Numbered from the stretch's first letter, positions 44,307-53,820 are shown. The stretch: DNA of 64,000 bases from an uncultured Clostridia bacterium (GCA_946186375.1 CAMHMZ010000009.1:1419-65418); one strand, 5' to 3'. The notes: generated by a model from the sequence alone, not told the origin. Translations and numbers: made by a program.

Positions 44307-45791
44307 ATGAACCGGATCGGATTTGACAACGACCAGTATGTAAAGCTGCAATCCCAGAAGATCCGCGACCGCATCGCACAGTTCGGCGGCAAGCTGTATC
44401 TGGAGTTCGGCGGCAAGCTTTTTGACGATTACCACGCCTCCCGCGTGCTGCCGGGCTTTGAGCCGGACAGCAAGGTGAAGATGCTGCTGGAGATGAAGGA
44501 CGAGGCGGAGATCCTGATCGCCATCTCGGCCGACGACATCGAGCGCAGCAAGCGCCGCGGGGATCTCGGCATCACCTACGACGAGGACACGCTCCGTCTG
44601 ATCGACGCCTTCCGCGGCATCGGGCTGTACATTGGCAGCGTCGTCATTACGCACTACCGCGGCCAGCCCGCCGCCGACAAGTTCATCAAGCGCCTCGAGA
44701 CGCTGGGCATCCGCGTCTACCGGCACTTCATCATCCCGGACTATCCCTCAAACGTCCCGCTCATCGTCTCGGACGAGGGCTTCGGCAAGAACGAATACGT
44801 CGAGACCGAGCGCAGTCTCGTCGTCGTCACCGCGCCCGGCCCCGGCAGCGGCAAGATGGCCACCTGTCTGAGCCAGCTCTACCACGAGCACAAGCGCGGC
44901 GTCCGCGCCGGCTACGCCAAGTTCGAGACCTTCCCGATCTGGAACCTGCCGCTCAAGCACCCGGTGAACCTCGCCTACGAGGCCGCCACCGCGGATCTGG
45001 ACGACGTGAACATGATCGACCCCTTCCATCTGGAGGCCTACGGCGTCACGACCGTCAACTACAACCGCGACGTGGAGATCTTCCCCGTGCTGGAGGCGAT
45101 GTTCCGCCGGATCTACGGCGAGAGCCCCTACAAGAGCCCCACGGACATGGGCGTCAACATGGCGGGCTTCTGCATCGTGGACGACGAGGCCTGCCGCGAG
45201 GCCTCCTGCCAGGAGATCCTGCGCCGCTACTACACGGCCGCCTGCGCCGCGCGCCAGGGGCTGACGGAACAGGCGGAGGTGCGGCGGATCGAGCTGCTGA
45301 TGAATTCGCTCGGCCTGAGCGCCGCGAACCGCCCGGTGGTCGGCGCCGCACTCACGCGCGCCGAGGAGACCGGGGCCCCGGCCATGGCGCTGGAGCTGCC
45401 CGACGGCACGATCGTCACCGGCAAGACGAGCTCGCTGCTCGGCGCCGCCTCGGCCTGCCTCCTGAACTCCCTCAAGCATCTGGCCGGGATCGACCACAAG
45501 CTGCCGCTGATCGCGCCGGGCATCATCCAGCCGATCCAGCATCTGAAGGTCGAGCATCTCGGCAACCACAACCCGCGCCTGCACACCGACGAGCTGCTGA
45601 TCGCCCTGTCGATCTGCGCGGTCACCAACCCCATGGCGGAGCTGGCCATCGACCAGCTCGACAAGCTGCGCGGCTGCGAGGCGCACTCCTCCGTCATTCT
45701 CTCCCACGTGGACGAGGAGCTCTTCAAAAAGCTCGGCGTCAACATCAGCTTCGAGCCGAAATACCAGGCCAAGAAGCTCTTCCATAAGTAA
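44307..45791 (+). CDS. DUF1846 (UPF0371) family protein
   Basis: 494 aa. N-terminal GFDNDQYVKLQSQKIRDRI..GGKLYLEFGGKLFDDYHASRVLPGF is the conserved UPF0371 start. Confidence 0.85.
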   Translation: MNRIGFDNDQYVKLQSQKIRDRIAQFGGKLYLEFGGKLFDDYHASRVLPGFEPDSKVKMLLEMKDEAEILIAISADDIERSKRRGDLGITYDEDTLRLIDAFRGIGLYIGSVVITHYRGQPAADKFIKRLETLGIRVYRHFIIPDYPSNVPLIVSDEGFGKNEYVETERSLVVVTAPGPGSGKMATCLSQLYHEHKRGVRAGYAKFETFPIWNLPLKHPVNLAYEAATADLDDVNMIDPFHLEAYGVTTVNYNRDVEIFPVLEAMFRRIYGESPYKSPTDMGVNMAGFCIVDDEACREASCQEILRRYYTAACAARQGLTEQAEVRRIELLMNSLGLSAANRPVVGAALTRAEETGAPAMALELPDGTIVTGKTSSLLGAASACLLNSLKHLAGIDHKLPLIAPGIIQPIQHLKVEHLGNHNPRLHTDELLIALSICAVTNPMAELAIDQLDKLRGCEAHSSVILSHVDEELFKKLGVNISFEPKYQAKKLFHK

Positions 45792-46110
45792 GTTTTCAGA
45801 AGTCAGTTTTCAGTTTTCAGAAAGGGAAGCGGCAGTTTATCGCTGCGTTTGAAAGGATGCCATAGGGGCCGGCGTCCCCGACGGCCCGGCAGAAGCACCT
45901 CAAATATATACAAAAATCCCCGGCGAATTCGTAGGTCAGTACGTTTTCACCGGGGATTTGTTCATTTTTCGGTTTATACCGCGCGGGGCGATGAGGGCAT
46001 CGCCCCCTACGATGGGAACGTCAGTTTCCTCGTTTTATCCTTCGTTTCCCTTCGTCCCGAACTCCGCATTTCGAATTTGTCGTCAAACTGAAAACTGACT
46101 TCTGAAAACT
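45792..46110 (+). repeat. modular intergenic element, copy R4 (modules H2+H3)
   Basis: Begins immediately after the DUF1846 gene stop. The ends AGTTTTCAGAAGTCAGTTTTCAG and CTGAAAACTGACTTCTGAAAACT are reverse complements. Confidence 0.85.
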
Positions 46111-46270
46111 ATCGCAATCGGTCGCTGACCGGACTTTCGCAGTCCTCGAAGATGAAATCGTCGATGTCTTTTTCCATGTTCCGACCCTCCGTTTCTCAAC
46201 ATACTCCCATCCTATGCGCCGCGCAGCGGGAATATGCCGCAAATCTTCCGGGATTTTTGTATCTTTTCTC

Positions 46271-46299
46271 TTGAAACGGCGGACAGGCTGCGTTATAAT
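46271..46299 (+). promoter_or_regulatory. promoter of the PPIase gene
   Basis: TTGAAA-17-TATAAT. Confidence 0.5.
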
Positions 46300-46350
46300 G
46301 TTATGGCCTGTTTTTATCAGGCAAGTAACGGACAAAAGGATGAAAAAGTC

Positions 46351-47958
46351 ATGAGCGCTTCTACCGAAAGGAAAAACCGCGCCGCAGCCCGCGAGGCCGG
46401 CACGGACAAGAAAACGCTGGCCCAGCAGGAGAGTGCGAAGAAGGAGGCCAAGGCCCGCCGTCATGTGACCGTCGCCGCCGTCTGCGTGGCGCTGCTGCTC
46501 GTGCTGGTGCTCGTGCTGCAGAGCGGTTTCTTCTACGCGCACACCACCGCCGTCAAGATCGGCGACAGGAGCTACTCTCCGGCCGAGGTCAACTATCAGT
46601 ACGCCTCCGCCTTTTATGAGTTCAGCAACAACTACGGCAGCTATGCCAGCATGTTCGGCCTGGACACCAGCGTCGGCCCCTTCGGGCTGCGGCACCAGGA
46701 ATGCAGCATGCTCGAAAACGGCACCTGGCGGGATTATTTCCTCCAGTCGGCCTACAGCAGCATGGCCCAGATCCAGGCGCTGCGCGACTACGCGCTGAGC
46801 GAGGGCCTCAGCCTCAGCGATGAGGAAAAGGAGCAGATCGACTCCGATCTTGCCTCTCTCGCCGAAACGGCCAGCACCTACGGCTATTCGAAGATCAACA
46901 ACTATCTTTCCGCCAACTACGGCACCGGCGTCACCACGAAGACCCTGCGCGAGGCCAGCGAGGCCAGCCTTCTGGCCAATGCCGGCTATCAGCACTACAG
47001 CGACAGCCTGACCTATTCGCCCGAGGAACTCGAGAGCACCTACGCCGGGCTGGAGGGCGCCTCCGACTACTATGATTACGCCTACTATTTCGTGTCCGCC
47101 GAGGCGGAGGATGCGGAGGAGGAAGAGGCCTTTATCGAAGAGGACGAGGACCTCGCGGAGGACGAGGAGTCTGAGGAGCCCGAAGAGAGCGCCGTGAGCG
47201 AAGAGGCGCTGCAGGAGGCGAAGGCTTCCGCCGAGGCCGTCAGGACCTCTTACCTCGACGACAAGGACACCGAGGACGTCGGTGAGCGCCTCGCCGCCGC
47301 CATCGAGGGCGCCCTGGACAAGGTCGAGAGCATCCTGCCCGCCCACAGCATGGGCAGCAACCTCAACGAAGCCTATGCCGACTTCCTGAAGGACGCCGCG
47401 CGCAAGACCGGCGACATCACCGTCGTGGAAAACGGCGATGGGACGGGCTACTATGTCGTGGCTTTCATCAGCCATGACGACAACCACTACCGCACCGCCA
47501 ACGTCCGCCACATCCTGATCCAGGCCGAGGCCTCCGAGGACGGCACCTGGAGCGACGAGGCTCTCGCCGCGGCCAAGGCGCGCGCCGAGGAGATCCTGGC
47601 CGAGTGGAAGAGCGGCGACAAGACCGAGGACAGCTTTGCGGAGCTCGCGAAGCAGTATTCCGAGGACGGCGGCTCCAGCGCCAACGGCGGCCTCTACGAG
47701 AACGTCGCCAAGGGCCAGATGGTCGAGGAGTTCGACGCCTTCTGCTACGGCGGCCACAAGGCGGGCGACACCGCCATCGTCTACGGCACGAACGGCCAGT
47801 ACGCCGGGTATCACGTGATGTACTATGTCGGCGAGGGTGAGCTGTACAGCAACGTCATCGCCCGCGACAAGCTCACCTCCGAGGCAGTCAGCGCCTGGCT
47901 CGAGGAGATCACCCCCGAGACCAAGCCCGGCGCTTTCGAGTGGCTTGCCGGCAAGTAA
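46351..47958 (+). CDS. membrane-anchored PpiC/parvulin-type peptidyl-prolyl isomerase (PrsA/SurA-like)
   Basis: ORF 46234..47958 trimmed to ATG 46351. N-terminal TM anchor, acidic linker, and parvulin domain NVRHILI....GGLYENVAKGQMVEEFD. Confidence 0.8.
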   Translation: MSASTERKNRAAAREAGTDKKTLAQQESAKKEAKARRHVTVAAVCVALLLVLVLVLQSGFFYAHTTAVKIGDRSYSPAEVNYQYASAFYEFSNNYGSYASMFGLDTSVGPFGLRHQECSMLENGTWRDYFLQSAYSSMAQIQALRDYALSEGLSLSDEEKEQIDSDLASLAETASTYGYSKINNYLSANYGTGVTTKTLREASEASLLANAGYQHYSDSLTYSPEELESTYAGLEGASDYYDYAYYFVSAEAEDAEEEEAFIEEDEDLAEDEESEEPEESAVSEEALQEAKASAEAVRTSYLDDKDTEDVGERLAAAIEGALDKVESILPAHSMGSNLNEAYADFLKDAARKTGDITVVENGDGTGYYVVAFISHDDNHYRTANVRHILIQAEASEDGTWSDEALAAAKARAEEILAEWKSGDKTEDSFAELAKQYSEDGGSSANGGLYENVAKGQMVEEFDAFCYGGHKAGDTAIVYGTNGQYAGYHVMYYVGEGELYSNVIARDKLTSEAVSAWLEEITPETKPGAFEWLAGK

Positions 47959-48040
47959 ACACCGATAGAGCCTGTGAAAGCCTCGTTTTCACAGGCTCTT
48001 TCCCGCTCATTAAGAAAGCTTAAACCGTCCCTGTCGAGCA

Positions 48041-48069
48041 TGGACATTTTCCCGCTGCTGTTGTATAAT
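48041..48069 (+). promoter_or_regulatory. promoter of the PT-linker membrane protein gene
   Basis: TGGACA-17-TATAAT with an extended -10 TG (TTGTATAAT). Confidence 0.45.
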
Positions 48070-48103
48070 CCTGATGAAAGAACACTGGGAAAGGATGATC
48101 GAT

Positions 48104-48916
48104 ATGCCCAGAGGAAGAGTCAGGGCTGTATTGTTTATAATCGTATTTCTGCTGGTCGCCGCCGTGATCGCCACGGTGCTGACCGGCCTGGACAAGGTCT
48201 CCCCGAAGCCCGCCGAGACGGCCGCGCCGCCGGTCGAGCCCGCGCCGGAGACCGAGATCCCGGTCGAGCCCACGTCCGCGCCTGCCGCGCCGACGCCCGA
48301 GCCCGCGCCGACCCCCACCCCGGCTCCGACGCCGGCGCCCACACCCGCACCGACTCCGGTCCCGACGCCGACGCCCACGCCCACCCCGGCGCCTACTCCG
48401 GCGCCTACGCCCACGCCCGTCGAGGAGACCGAGATCCCCATCGAGCCCGAACCGACCCCTACCCCGACGGCCACGCCGGAGCCCACGCCGACCCCTGAGA
48501 CGACGCCCGAGCCCGTTCCGGTCGGAAGTGTGATCGCCTCCGGCAGCTTCCGCTCCGACACCGGCGTGCCGCTGAACCTGGTCGTCAGCTGGACGGCGAC
48601 CTCCGCCGGCGACGGGAAGGCCACAGTCACTGTCTCCGTCAGCTGTGAGTCCGCGAGCCTCACGCTCACCGCGCTCAGCCGCAGCGTCAACATCAGCGTC
48701 GGCGATCAGTACGCCAGCATCGACCAGCCGTCCGTCAACATTGAACAGAACACCACGACGGTCACGCCCTTCGGCTCGAAGACCTTCTCAGTCGACCTGC
48801 CCGAAAGCGGCAGCGTCACCCTCCCCGTGCAGGTGGAGTGGCACTACCGCGGCAGCTACAGCGGCACGCCGCTGGAAGTGATCGAGTGCGGCGACAACAT
48901 CACCCTCAGCCGCTGA
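48104..48916 (+). CDS. membrane-anchored protein with Pro/Thr-rich linker and unknown C-terminal domain
   Basis: ORF 48074..48916. ATG 48104 is best spaced from GGGAAAGGA. N-terminal TM helix, about 105-aa PT/PE linker, about 130-aa beta-rich C-terminus. Confidence 0.6.
   Translation: MPRGRVRAVLFIIVFLLVAAVIATVLTGLDKVSPKPAETAAPPVEPAPETEIPVEPTSAPAAPTPEPAPTPTPAPTPAPTPAPTPVPTPTPTPTPAPTPAPTPTPVEETEIPIEPEPTPTPTATPEPTPTPETTPEPVPVGSVIASGSFRSDTGVPLNLVVSWTATSAGDGKATVTVSVSCESASLTLTALSRSVNISVGDQYASIDQPSVNIEQNTTTVTPFGSKTFSVDLPESGSVTLPVQVEWHYRGSYSGTPLEVIECGDNITLSR
48200..48522 (+). repeat. in-frame low-complexity Pro/Thr/Glu-coding repeats
   Basis: ACGCCCGAGCCC / ACCCCGGCGCC type units encoding PTPAPTPEP. 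Similar in composition to 35476..35785. Confidence 0.7.
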
Positions 48917-48922
48917 TACGGA

Positions 48923-48960
48923 CCGACCCGGGGATGCAGCCATCCCCGGGTCGGTTTTCA
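48923..48960 (+). terminator. intrinsic terminator merging into repeat copy R5
   Basis: CCGACCCGGGGAT-GCAGCC-ATCCCCGGGTCGG then TTTTCAGTTTTC. Confidence 0.7.
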
Positions 48961-49232
48961 GTTTTCAGGAGAACGACTAATTGGAGTTTATCGCTGAGTT
49001 TGAAATGATGTCGTAGGGGCGGCCCTAAAGGACTAGCTTCGCGTCGCTATCAGCCGCCCGCGGACATGGTACAGAGTTGGCGGGCGGCTGGTAGCCGCCC
49101 CTACGGCGTGGACGTCAATTTCCTCGTTCTATCCCTCGTTTTCCCTGTATTCCGAATTCCGCATTCCGGATTCCGAATTCCTCGCTAAATACCCGTTTAT
49201 CTCTGAAAGCTGAAAACTGACTTCTGAAAACT
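48953..49232 (+). repeat. modular intergenic element, copy R5 (module H1 with a 22-bp insertion)
   Basis: Near-identical to the reverse complement of R1, except that CTAAAGGACTAGCTTCGCGTCG is inserted in the left arm of hairpin H1. Confidence 0.85.
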
Positions 49233-49260
49233 AATCCACACACATACAGGAGGATCCGAT

Positions 49261-50175
49261 ATGACCGAGCTTTCCCGCGAGATTTTGCAGAGCTGGCAGG
49301 TACGCAAAACGACGGCGCAGAAGCTGCGCTTTATCGCCTTTCTGCAGGAGCGTCTGCCCGGGCTCCGGGTAGAGGAGGGGAGCCTTCCCCGCTGCCGCAA
49401 CCTGATCCTGGGCGACCCGGACAGCGCCGAGCTCGTCTTCACCGCGCACTATGACACCTGTGCGCGCCTGCCCTTCCCCAACTTCATCACGCCGCGAAAC
49501 CTGCTGATCTATCTGCTCTATCAGCTTCTGATCCTGCTGCCCTTCTTCGCGCTGATCCCGCTGCTGTCCCTGCTGCTGATCCGCCTGGGTCTCGACGGGG
49601 CGCCGGCGATGCTGCTGTCGATGCTGCTGTCCTTCGGCGCGATGCTCTACATGTTCCTCTTCGGCCCGCCCAACCCCCACACCGTCAACGACAACACCTC
49701 CGGCGTCGTGACGCTCTGCGAGCTGATCGGCACGCTGAGCGAGGAAGAGCGCAGCCGCTGCGCCTTCGTCTTCTTCGACCATGAGGAGAGCGGCCTCTTC
49801 GGCTCGGCCTTCTTCGCCTCGAAGCACCGGAAGAGCATGAAGGACCGGCTCATCGTCAACTTCGACTGCGTCTCCGACGGAGATCATTTCCTCTTCGTGC
49901 AGAGCGGCCGGGCCAAAAAGCGCTGCGCCGGCGCGCTGGAGCGCAGCTTCCTCCCCGACGCGGAGAAGACCGTGACAGTCACGGGGCCCTTCGGCGCCTT
50001 CTATCCCTCCGACCAGACGAACTTCCCCTGCGGCGTGGGCGTGGCGGCGCTGCGGCGCTCGCCGGTGCTGGGCCTATACATGTCGCGCATCCACACCGCG
50101 AAGGACACCGTCTGCGACGAGCGCAACTTCGCCTTCCTCGTGAGAGGCGTCCGGCGCCTCCTCCGCGAGCTTTGA
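49261..50175 (+). CDS. M28-family metallopeptidase with membrane insert
   Basis: CAGGAGGA RBS. Metal-ligand blocks TAHYDT, NDNTSGV and FFDHEESGLFGS. Confidence 0.7.
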   Translation: MTELSREILQSWQVRKTTAQKLRFIAFLQERLPGLRVEEGSLPRCRNLILGDPDSAELVFTAHYDTCARLPFPNFITPRNLLIYLLYQLLILLPFFALIPLLSLLLIRLGLDGAPAMLLSMLLSFGAMLYMFLFGPPNPHTVNDNTSGVVTLCELIGTLSEEERSRCAFVFFDHEESGLFGSAFFASKHRKSMKDRLIVNFDCVSDGDHFLFVQSGRAKKRCAGALERSFLPDAEKTVTVTGPFGAFYPSDQTNFPCGVGVAALRRSPVLGLYMSRIHTAKDTVCDERNFAFLVRGVRRLLREL

Positions 50176-50187
50176 GCTTCGGAGAGC

Positions 50188-50224
50188 AAAAAAGACTGTG
50201 AGAGAATTCTCACAGTCTTTTTTT
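50188..50224. terminator. bidirectional terminator between the M28 and serpin genes
   Basis: AAAAAAGACTGTGAGA-GAAT-TCTCACAGTCTTTTTTT. Confidence 0.8.
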
Positions 50225-50235
50225 ATGCCTTTGTC

Positions 50236-51453
50236 TTATCCGACGTACTGACCGTAGAACAGCAGCTCCGCCGTCTCGCCCTCGCCGGCGTAGATGCAGA
50301 AGCTGAAGGGCCGGTCGGCCGTGAAGACCATGAGAGGCTCCGGGGTGGGCTCGGCGGGCATGGCGCTCTCGACCATGATGATCGCCGTCGCCGCGGCGGC
50401 CTCGACGCCCTCCTCGTCCAGCTTCAGCCTCGTCTTCTGCACGATCTCGCCGATCGCCCAGCTCTCGTCGCTCATGCCGGAGAAGTCCGCCTCATCGGTG
50501 AAGGCCTTCTCAACCCCGAGCTGGCGCAGGAGTTCCACGAGCTCGTTGTCGTCGAGCGCGGTCTCCACCTCGAAGCGGGGCAGGGTGATCTCCACCTTGG
50601 CGCGCTCCGCCTTGCCGAGCTTGTCGGTCAGGCCGTCCGTGCCGCCGAGCACGAAGGCCATCCTCAGTCCGCCCTCCATCGGCAGCACGATCAGCTGCGT
50701 GCCCTCGTCCTCATAGTAGGCGCAGTGGGTCGTCCGGTGCATGAGCTCGCGCTCGACCTGCTCGCCGGTGAGCGTCGTGAAGAGGCCGGGGGCCGTGGCC
50801 TCGGGGTCAAAGCTGTCGGTCCAGGCACTCATCAGATACAGGGTGTTGACCAGGGCCGCGGTGCTGTTCGACAGATCCTCGACGATCTGGGGGATGAGCC
50901 CGTGCGTCTGCTCCTTCACCCAGTCGTTCACGGCGCCGGCCAGCTCCGCGCCGGGCAGCTCTTTGGCTTCCGCGCCAAGCCGCTCGCCGACCTTCTGCAC
51001 GTATTCGGGACGGAACGCGCCCTCCTTATCGGCGTTGTGCCAGATGGAATTGGCCAGCACGAAGAGCGCCGCCTCCACGGGACACTCTTTCTCGAAGCGC
51101 GTCGTCTCCGAGAGGGCCTTCACGCCGTCGTACCAGGCCAGCAGGGCCTCCTCGTCGGCAAAGCCGAGGGCCTGCAGCAGCTCGGCGCGGGTGTCGCCCT
51201 CCGCCCCGGCCGCGGCCAGAGCCAGCGCCGCCTTGAGGGACAGGGGAGAGACCAGATAGCTCTTCTCCCGATAGCCGTTTTCCTCCAGATAGCGGATGAG
51301 CTCGCTGTCGAGCACGGTAAAGCCCGCGCGCTCTTCGCTCTCCTGCGCCGGGGTCTCCGCCGGGGCCGGGGCGGCGCCGCAGCCGGCGAGCAGCCCCGTC
51401 AGCATCGCGAGCACAAGGCTGAAAGCGCAAAGCGCGTTTTTCCTGTTTTTCAT
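50236..51453 (-). CDS. serpin-family serine protease inhibitor, lipoprotein
   Basis: ORF trimmed to ATG 51451-51453 behind GGAGGA. Lipobox LLAGCG. Inhibitory-type hinge EEGVEAAAATAI and C-terminal ..FTADRPFSFCIY... Confidence 0.85.
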   Translation of the reverse strand: MKNRKNALCAFSLVLAMLTGLLAGCGAAPAPAETPAQESEERAGFTVLDSELIRYLEENGYREKSYLVSPLSLKAALALAAAGAEGDTRAELLQALGFADEEALLAWYDGVKALSETTRFEKECPVEAALFVLANSIWHNADKEGAFRPEYVQKVGERLGAEAKELPGAELAGAVNDWVKEQTHGLIPQIVEDLSNSTAALVNTLYLMSAWTDSFDPEATAPGLFTTLTGEQVERELMHRTTHCAYYEDEGTQLIVLPMEGGLRMAFVLGGTDGLTDKLGKAERAKVEITLPRFEVETALDDNELVELLRQLGVEKAFTDEADFSGMSDESWAIGEIVQKTRLKLDEEGVEAAAATAIIMVESAMPAEPTPEPLMVFTADRPFSFCIYAGEGETAELLFYGQYVG

Positions 51454-51531
51454 CGTTTTGTCCTCCTTCGATCGGGTCATTTCCGCTTTCTGCCTGTAAG
51501 ACGCGCCGGGGCCGGAAAAGTTCCCGCTCGC

Positions 51532-51560
51532 TTGACGGAAAATCTTTCTGCTATTATAAT
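51532..51560 (+). promoter_or_regulatory. promoter of nth
   Basis: TTGACG-17-TATAAT. Confidence 0.5.
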
Positions 51561-51608
51561 GATCTTAGCCTCGCCGGTCAAGCCGGAGAGAAAACAGAGA
51601 CGCGGGAG

Positions 51609-52253
51609 ATGAGGCCGATGCGCACACAGGAACAGGTCAACGAGATCGTACGGCTGCTGCTGGAGGAGTACCCCGAGGCCAGCTGCACCCTGGACTATAA
51701 CAAGGCCTATGAGCTGCTGTTTTCGGTGCGGCTTGCGGCCCAATGCACGGACGAGCGGGTCAACCAGATCACACCGGCCCTCTTTGCCCGCTTCCCGACG
51801 CTGGAGGCCTTCGCGGAGGCCGACGTCGCGGAGGTGGAGCGCTATGTGCACGCCTGCGGCTTTTTCCGGGCCAAGGCGCGCGACATCGTCGCCTGCGCGC
51901 AGGTGCTGCTGGAAAAGCACGGCGGCCGCGTGCCGGACACGATGGAGGAGCTGACGGCGCTGCCCGGCGTGGGCCGCAAGACCGCCAACCTCATCCTCGG
52001 CGACGTGTACCGCGTGCCGGGCTCCACCGTGGTGGACACGCACTGCATCCGCCTGTCCAACCGCCTCGGCCTGGTGGACGGGCTGAAGGAGCCGGAGAAG
52101 ATCGAGCGCGAGCTGCGCAAAATCCTCCCGCCGGAGCGCTCCTCCGATTTCTGCCACGCGATCGTTCTGCACGGCCGCGCCGTCTGCGACGCCCGCAAGC
52201 CAAACTGCGAGGCCTGCTGCCTGCGCCATCTGTGCCAGTTCTACTCGAATTGA
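51609..52253 (+). CDS. nth: endonuclease III
   Basis: HhH-GPD (..LTALPGVGRKTANLIL..) and a C-terminal 4Fe-4S cluster CX6CX2CX5C. Alternative start ATG 51618. Confidence 0.9.
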   Translation: MRPMRTQEQVNEIVRLLLEEYPEASCTLDYNKAYELLFSVRLAAQCTDERVNQITPALFARFPTLEAFAEADVAEVERYVHACGFFRAKARDIVACAQVLLEKHGGRVPDTMEELTALPGVGRKTANLILGDVYRVPGSTVVDTHCIRLSNRLGLVDGLKEPEKIERELRKILPPERSSDFCHAIVLHGRAVCDARKPNCEACCLRHLCQFYSN

Positions 52254-52254
52254 T

Positions 52255-52292
52255 CGTTTCTAAAAACTAAAAACTTAAAACTTAAAACTAAA
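52255..52292 (+). repeat. degenerate heptamer tract related to the element termini
   Basis: CTAAAAACTAAAAACTTAAAACTTAAAACTAAA between nth and the M32 gene. It has 7-bp periodicity and resembles the CTGAAAACTGAAAACT ends. Confidence 0.4.
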
Positions 52293-52311
52293 TCCGCAGG
52301 AGGTAACCGAT

Positions 52312-53820
52312 ATGACGAACCAGGAAAAATGGCGGGAGCTGGCCGCCCTGCTCGACGAGATGGAGGCCTATTTCCGCGCCCTCGGCAAGCTGAGCTTCGA
52401 CATGGAGTGCTGCGCGCCGCCGGAGGGCATGGCGCGCGCGGGCGAGGACATGGCAATCCTCGGCAAGCAGGTCTATACGCTGACGCACGCGCCGCGCTAT
52501 GAGGAGCTCCTTCAGCAGCTCCACGCCGACGGCGAGGGCTTGACGCGCGTGCAGCAGAAGGCCGTGGAGCACCTTTACGACGACTGGAGCAGGGGCAAGA
52601 ACATCTCCGCGGAGCTGAGCTTCCAGATGGACATGGCCACCAGCAGCGCCTACAGCGACTGGCTGAGGGCGAAAAAGTCGGGCGACTTCTCGCTCTTCCG
52701 CGATTCGCTCGCCGCGCTCATCAAGTATAACCGCATGGCCATCGACCTGCGCGACGAGAAAAAGGCCAGCTACTACGACACCTGTCTCGACGACCATGAG
52801 AAGGGCGGCAGCGCCGAGCAGCTCGACGTCTTCTTCGCCGCGCTCAAGGCGCGCATCGTGCCGCTGCTGCGGCGCATCCAGGCCGAGGGCAAGCCCATCC
52901 GCGAGGATTTCATGAGCCGTCCCGTGCCGATCCCGCAGCAGGAGGCCATGTCCCGGTGGCTGCTGGAGCAGGAGGGCTTGCGCGAGAGCGCCCTCGTGCT
53001 GATGACCACCGAGCACCCCTTCACCACGAACTTCGGGCCGAAGGACGTGCGCGTCACGACGCACTACCACGAGGACAGCTTCATCTCCAACGTCTTCACC
53101 ACCCTGCACGAGGGCGGGCACGCCCTCTTCATGCAGAACGAGCCCGAGGAGCTCTACGCCCAGCACTGCGCCAACAACATGACCAACGCCATGCACGAGA
53201 CCATCTCCCGCTTCTACGAAAACCTCATCGGCCGCAGCGAGGCCTTCCTGCACTTTGCCGCGCCGAAGATCCGGGAGCTGTCCGGCGGGACCTTCGACGA
53301 TATCAGCGACCGCGAGCTCTACGAGGCTGTGAACGTCGCCCGGCCGAGCCTCATCCGCACCGAGGCCGACGAGCTGAGCTACTGCCTGCACATCCTGATC
53401 CGCTACGAGCTGGAGAAGGCCTTCATGAACGGCGAGATCGGCGTGGACGAGATCCCCGCGCTCTGGAACGAAAAATATAAGGAATACCTCGGCGTCGAGG
53501 TGCCGAACGACACGCAGGGCTGCCTGCAGGACGTGCACTGGTCGGGCTATTCCTTCGGCTACTTCCCCTCCTACGCGCTCGGAAACGCCTACGGCGTGCA
53601 GATTTTGCATCGCATGGAGCAGGACTTCGACGTCTTCGCCGCCGTCGAGGCGGGCGAGCTGACGAAGGTGCGCGACTGGCTCAAAGAACACGTCTTCTCC
53701 ATCGCCTCGCTCACGACGCCCGACGAATGGATCCGCGCGATCAGCGGCGAGAGCCTGAACGTCGACTATTATCTCGACTATCTGGAAGACAAATACACGA
53801 AGCTCTATGCGCTCGACTGA
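52312..53820 (+). CDS. M32 carboxypeptidase (Taq-type)
   Basis: AGGAGG RBS. HEGGHALF zinc motif, plus IRTEADELSY and ..DVHWS.G.FGYFPSYALG.. M32 blocks. Confidence 0.9.
   Translation: MTNQEKWRELAALLDEMEAYFRALGKLSFDMECCAPPEGMARAGEDMAILGKQVYTLTHAPRYEELLQQLHADGEGLTRVQQKAVEHLYDDWSRGKNISAELSFQMDMATSSAYSDWLRAKKSGDFSLFRDSLAALIKYNRMAIDLRDEKKASYYDTCLDDHEKGGSAEQLDVFFAALKARIVPLLRRIQAEGKPIREDFMSRPVPIPQQEAMSRWLLEQEGLRESALVLMTTEHPFTTNFGPKDVRVTTHYHEDSFISNVFTTLHEGGHALFMQNEPEELYAQHCANNMTNAMHETISRFYENLIGRSEAFLHFAAPKIRELSGGTFDDISDRELYEAVNVARPSLIRTEADELSYCLHILIRYELEKAFMNGEIGVDEIPALWNEKYKEYLGVEVPNDTQGCLQDVHWSGYSFGYFPSYALGNAYGVQILHRMEQDFDVFAAVEAGELTKVRDWLKEHVFSIASLTTPDEWIRAISGESLNVDYYLDYLEDKYTKLYALD

Noticed and set aside
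45849-46091. 80-aa ORF inside repeat R4, and similar ORFs at 56716..56952, 56815..57081 and 33221..33505
   Set aside because: They lie entirely within the structured repeat modules or leader DNA. The similarity between them is explained by nucleotide repetition. Their frames are not preserved between copies and their composition is Arg-rich.
46021-47814. 597-aa reverse ORF opposite the PPIase gene, and similar cases at 52288..53907, 62185..63738, 40275..41651, 41284..42585, 21211..22332, 23094..24221, 24281..25507 and 44748..45785
   Set aside because: All are antisense to genes with recognisable motifs. All show shadow-ORF composition and none has a start context.
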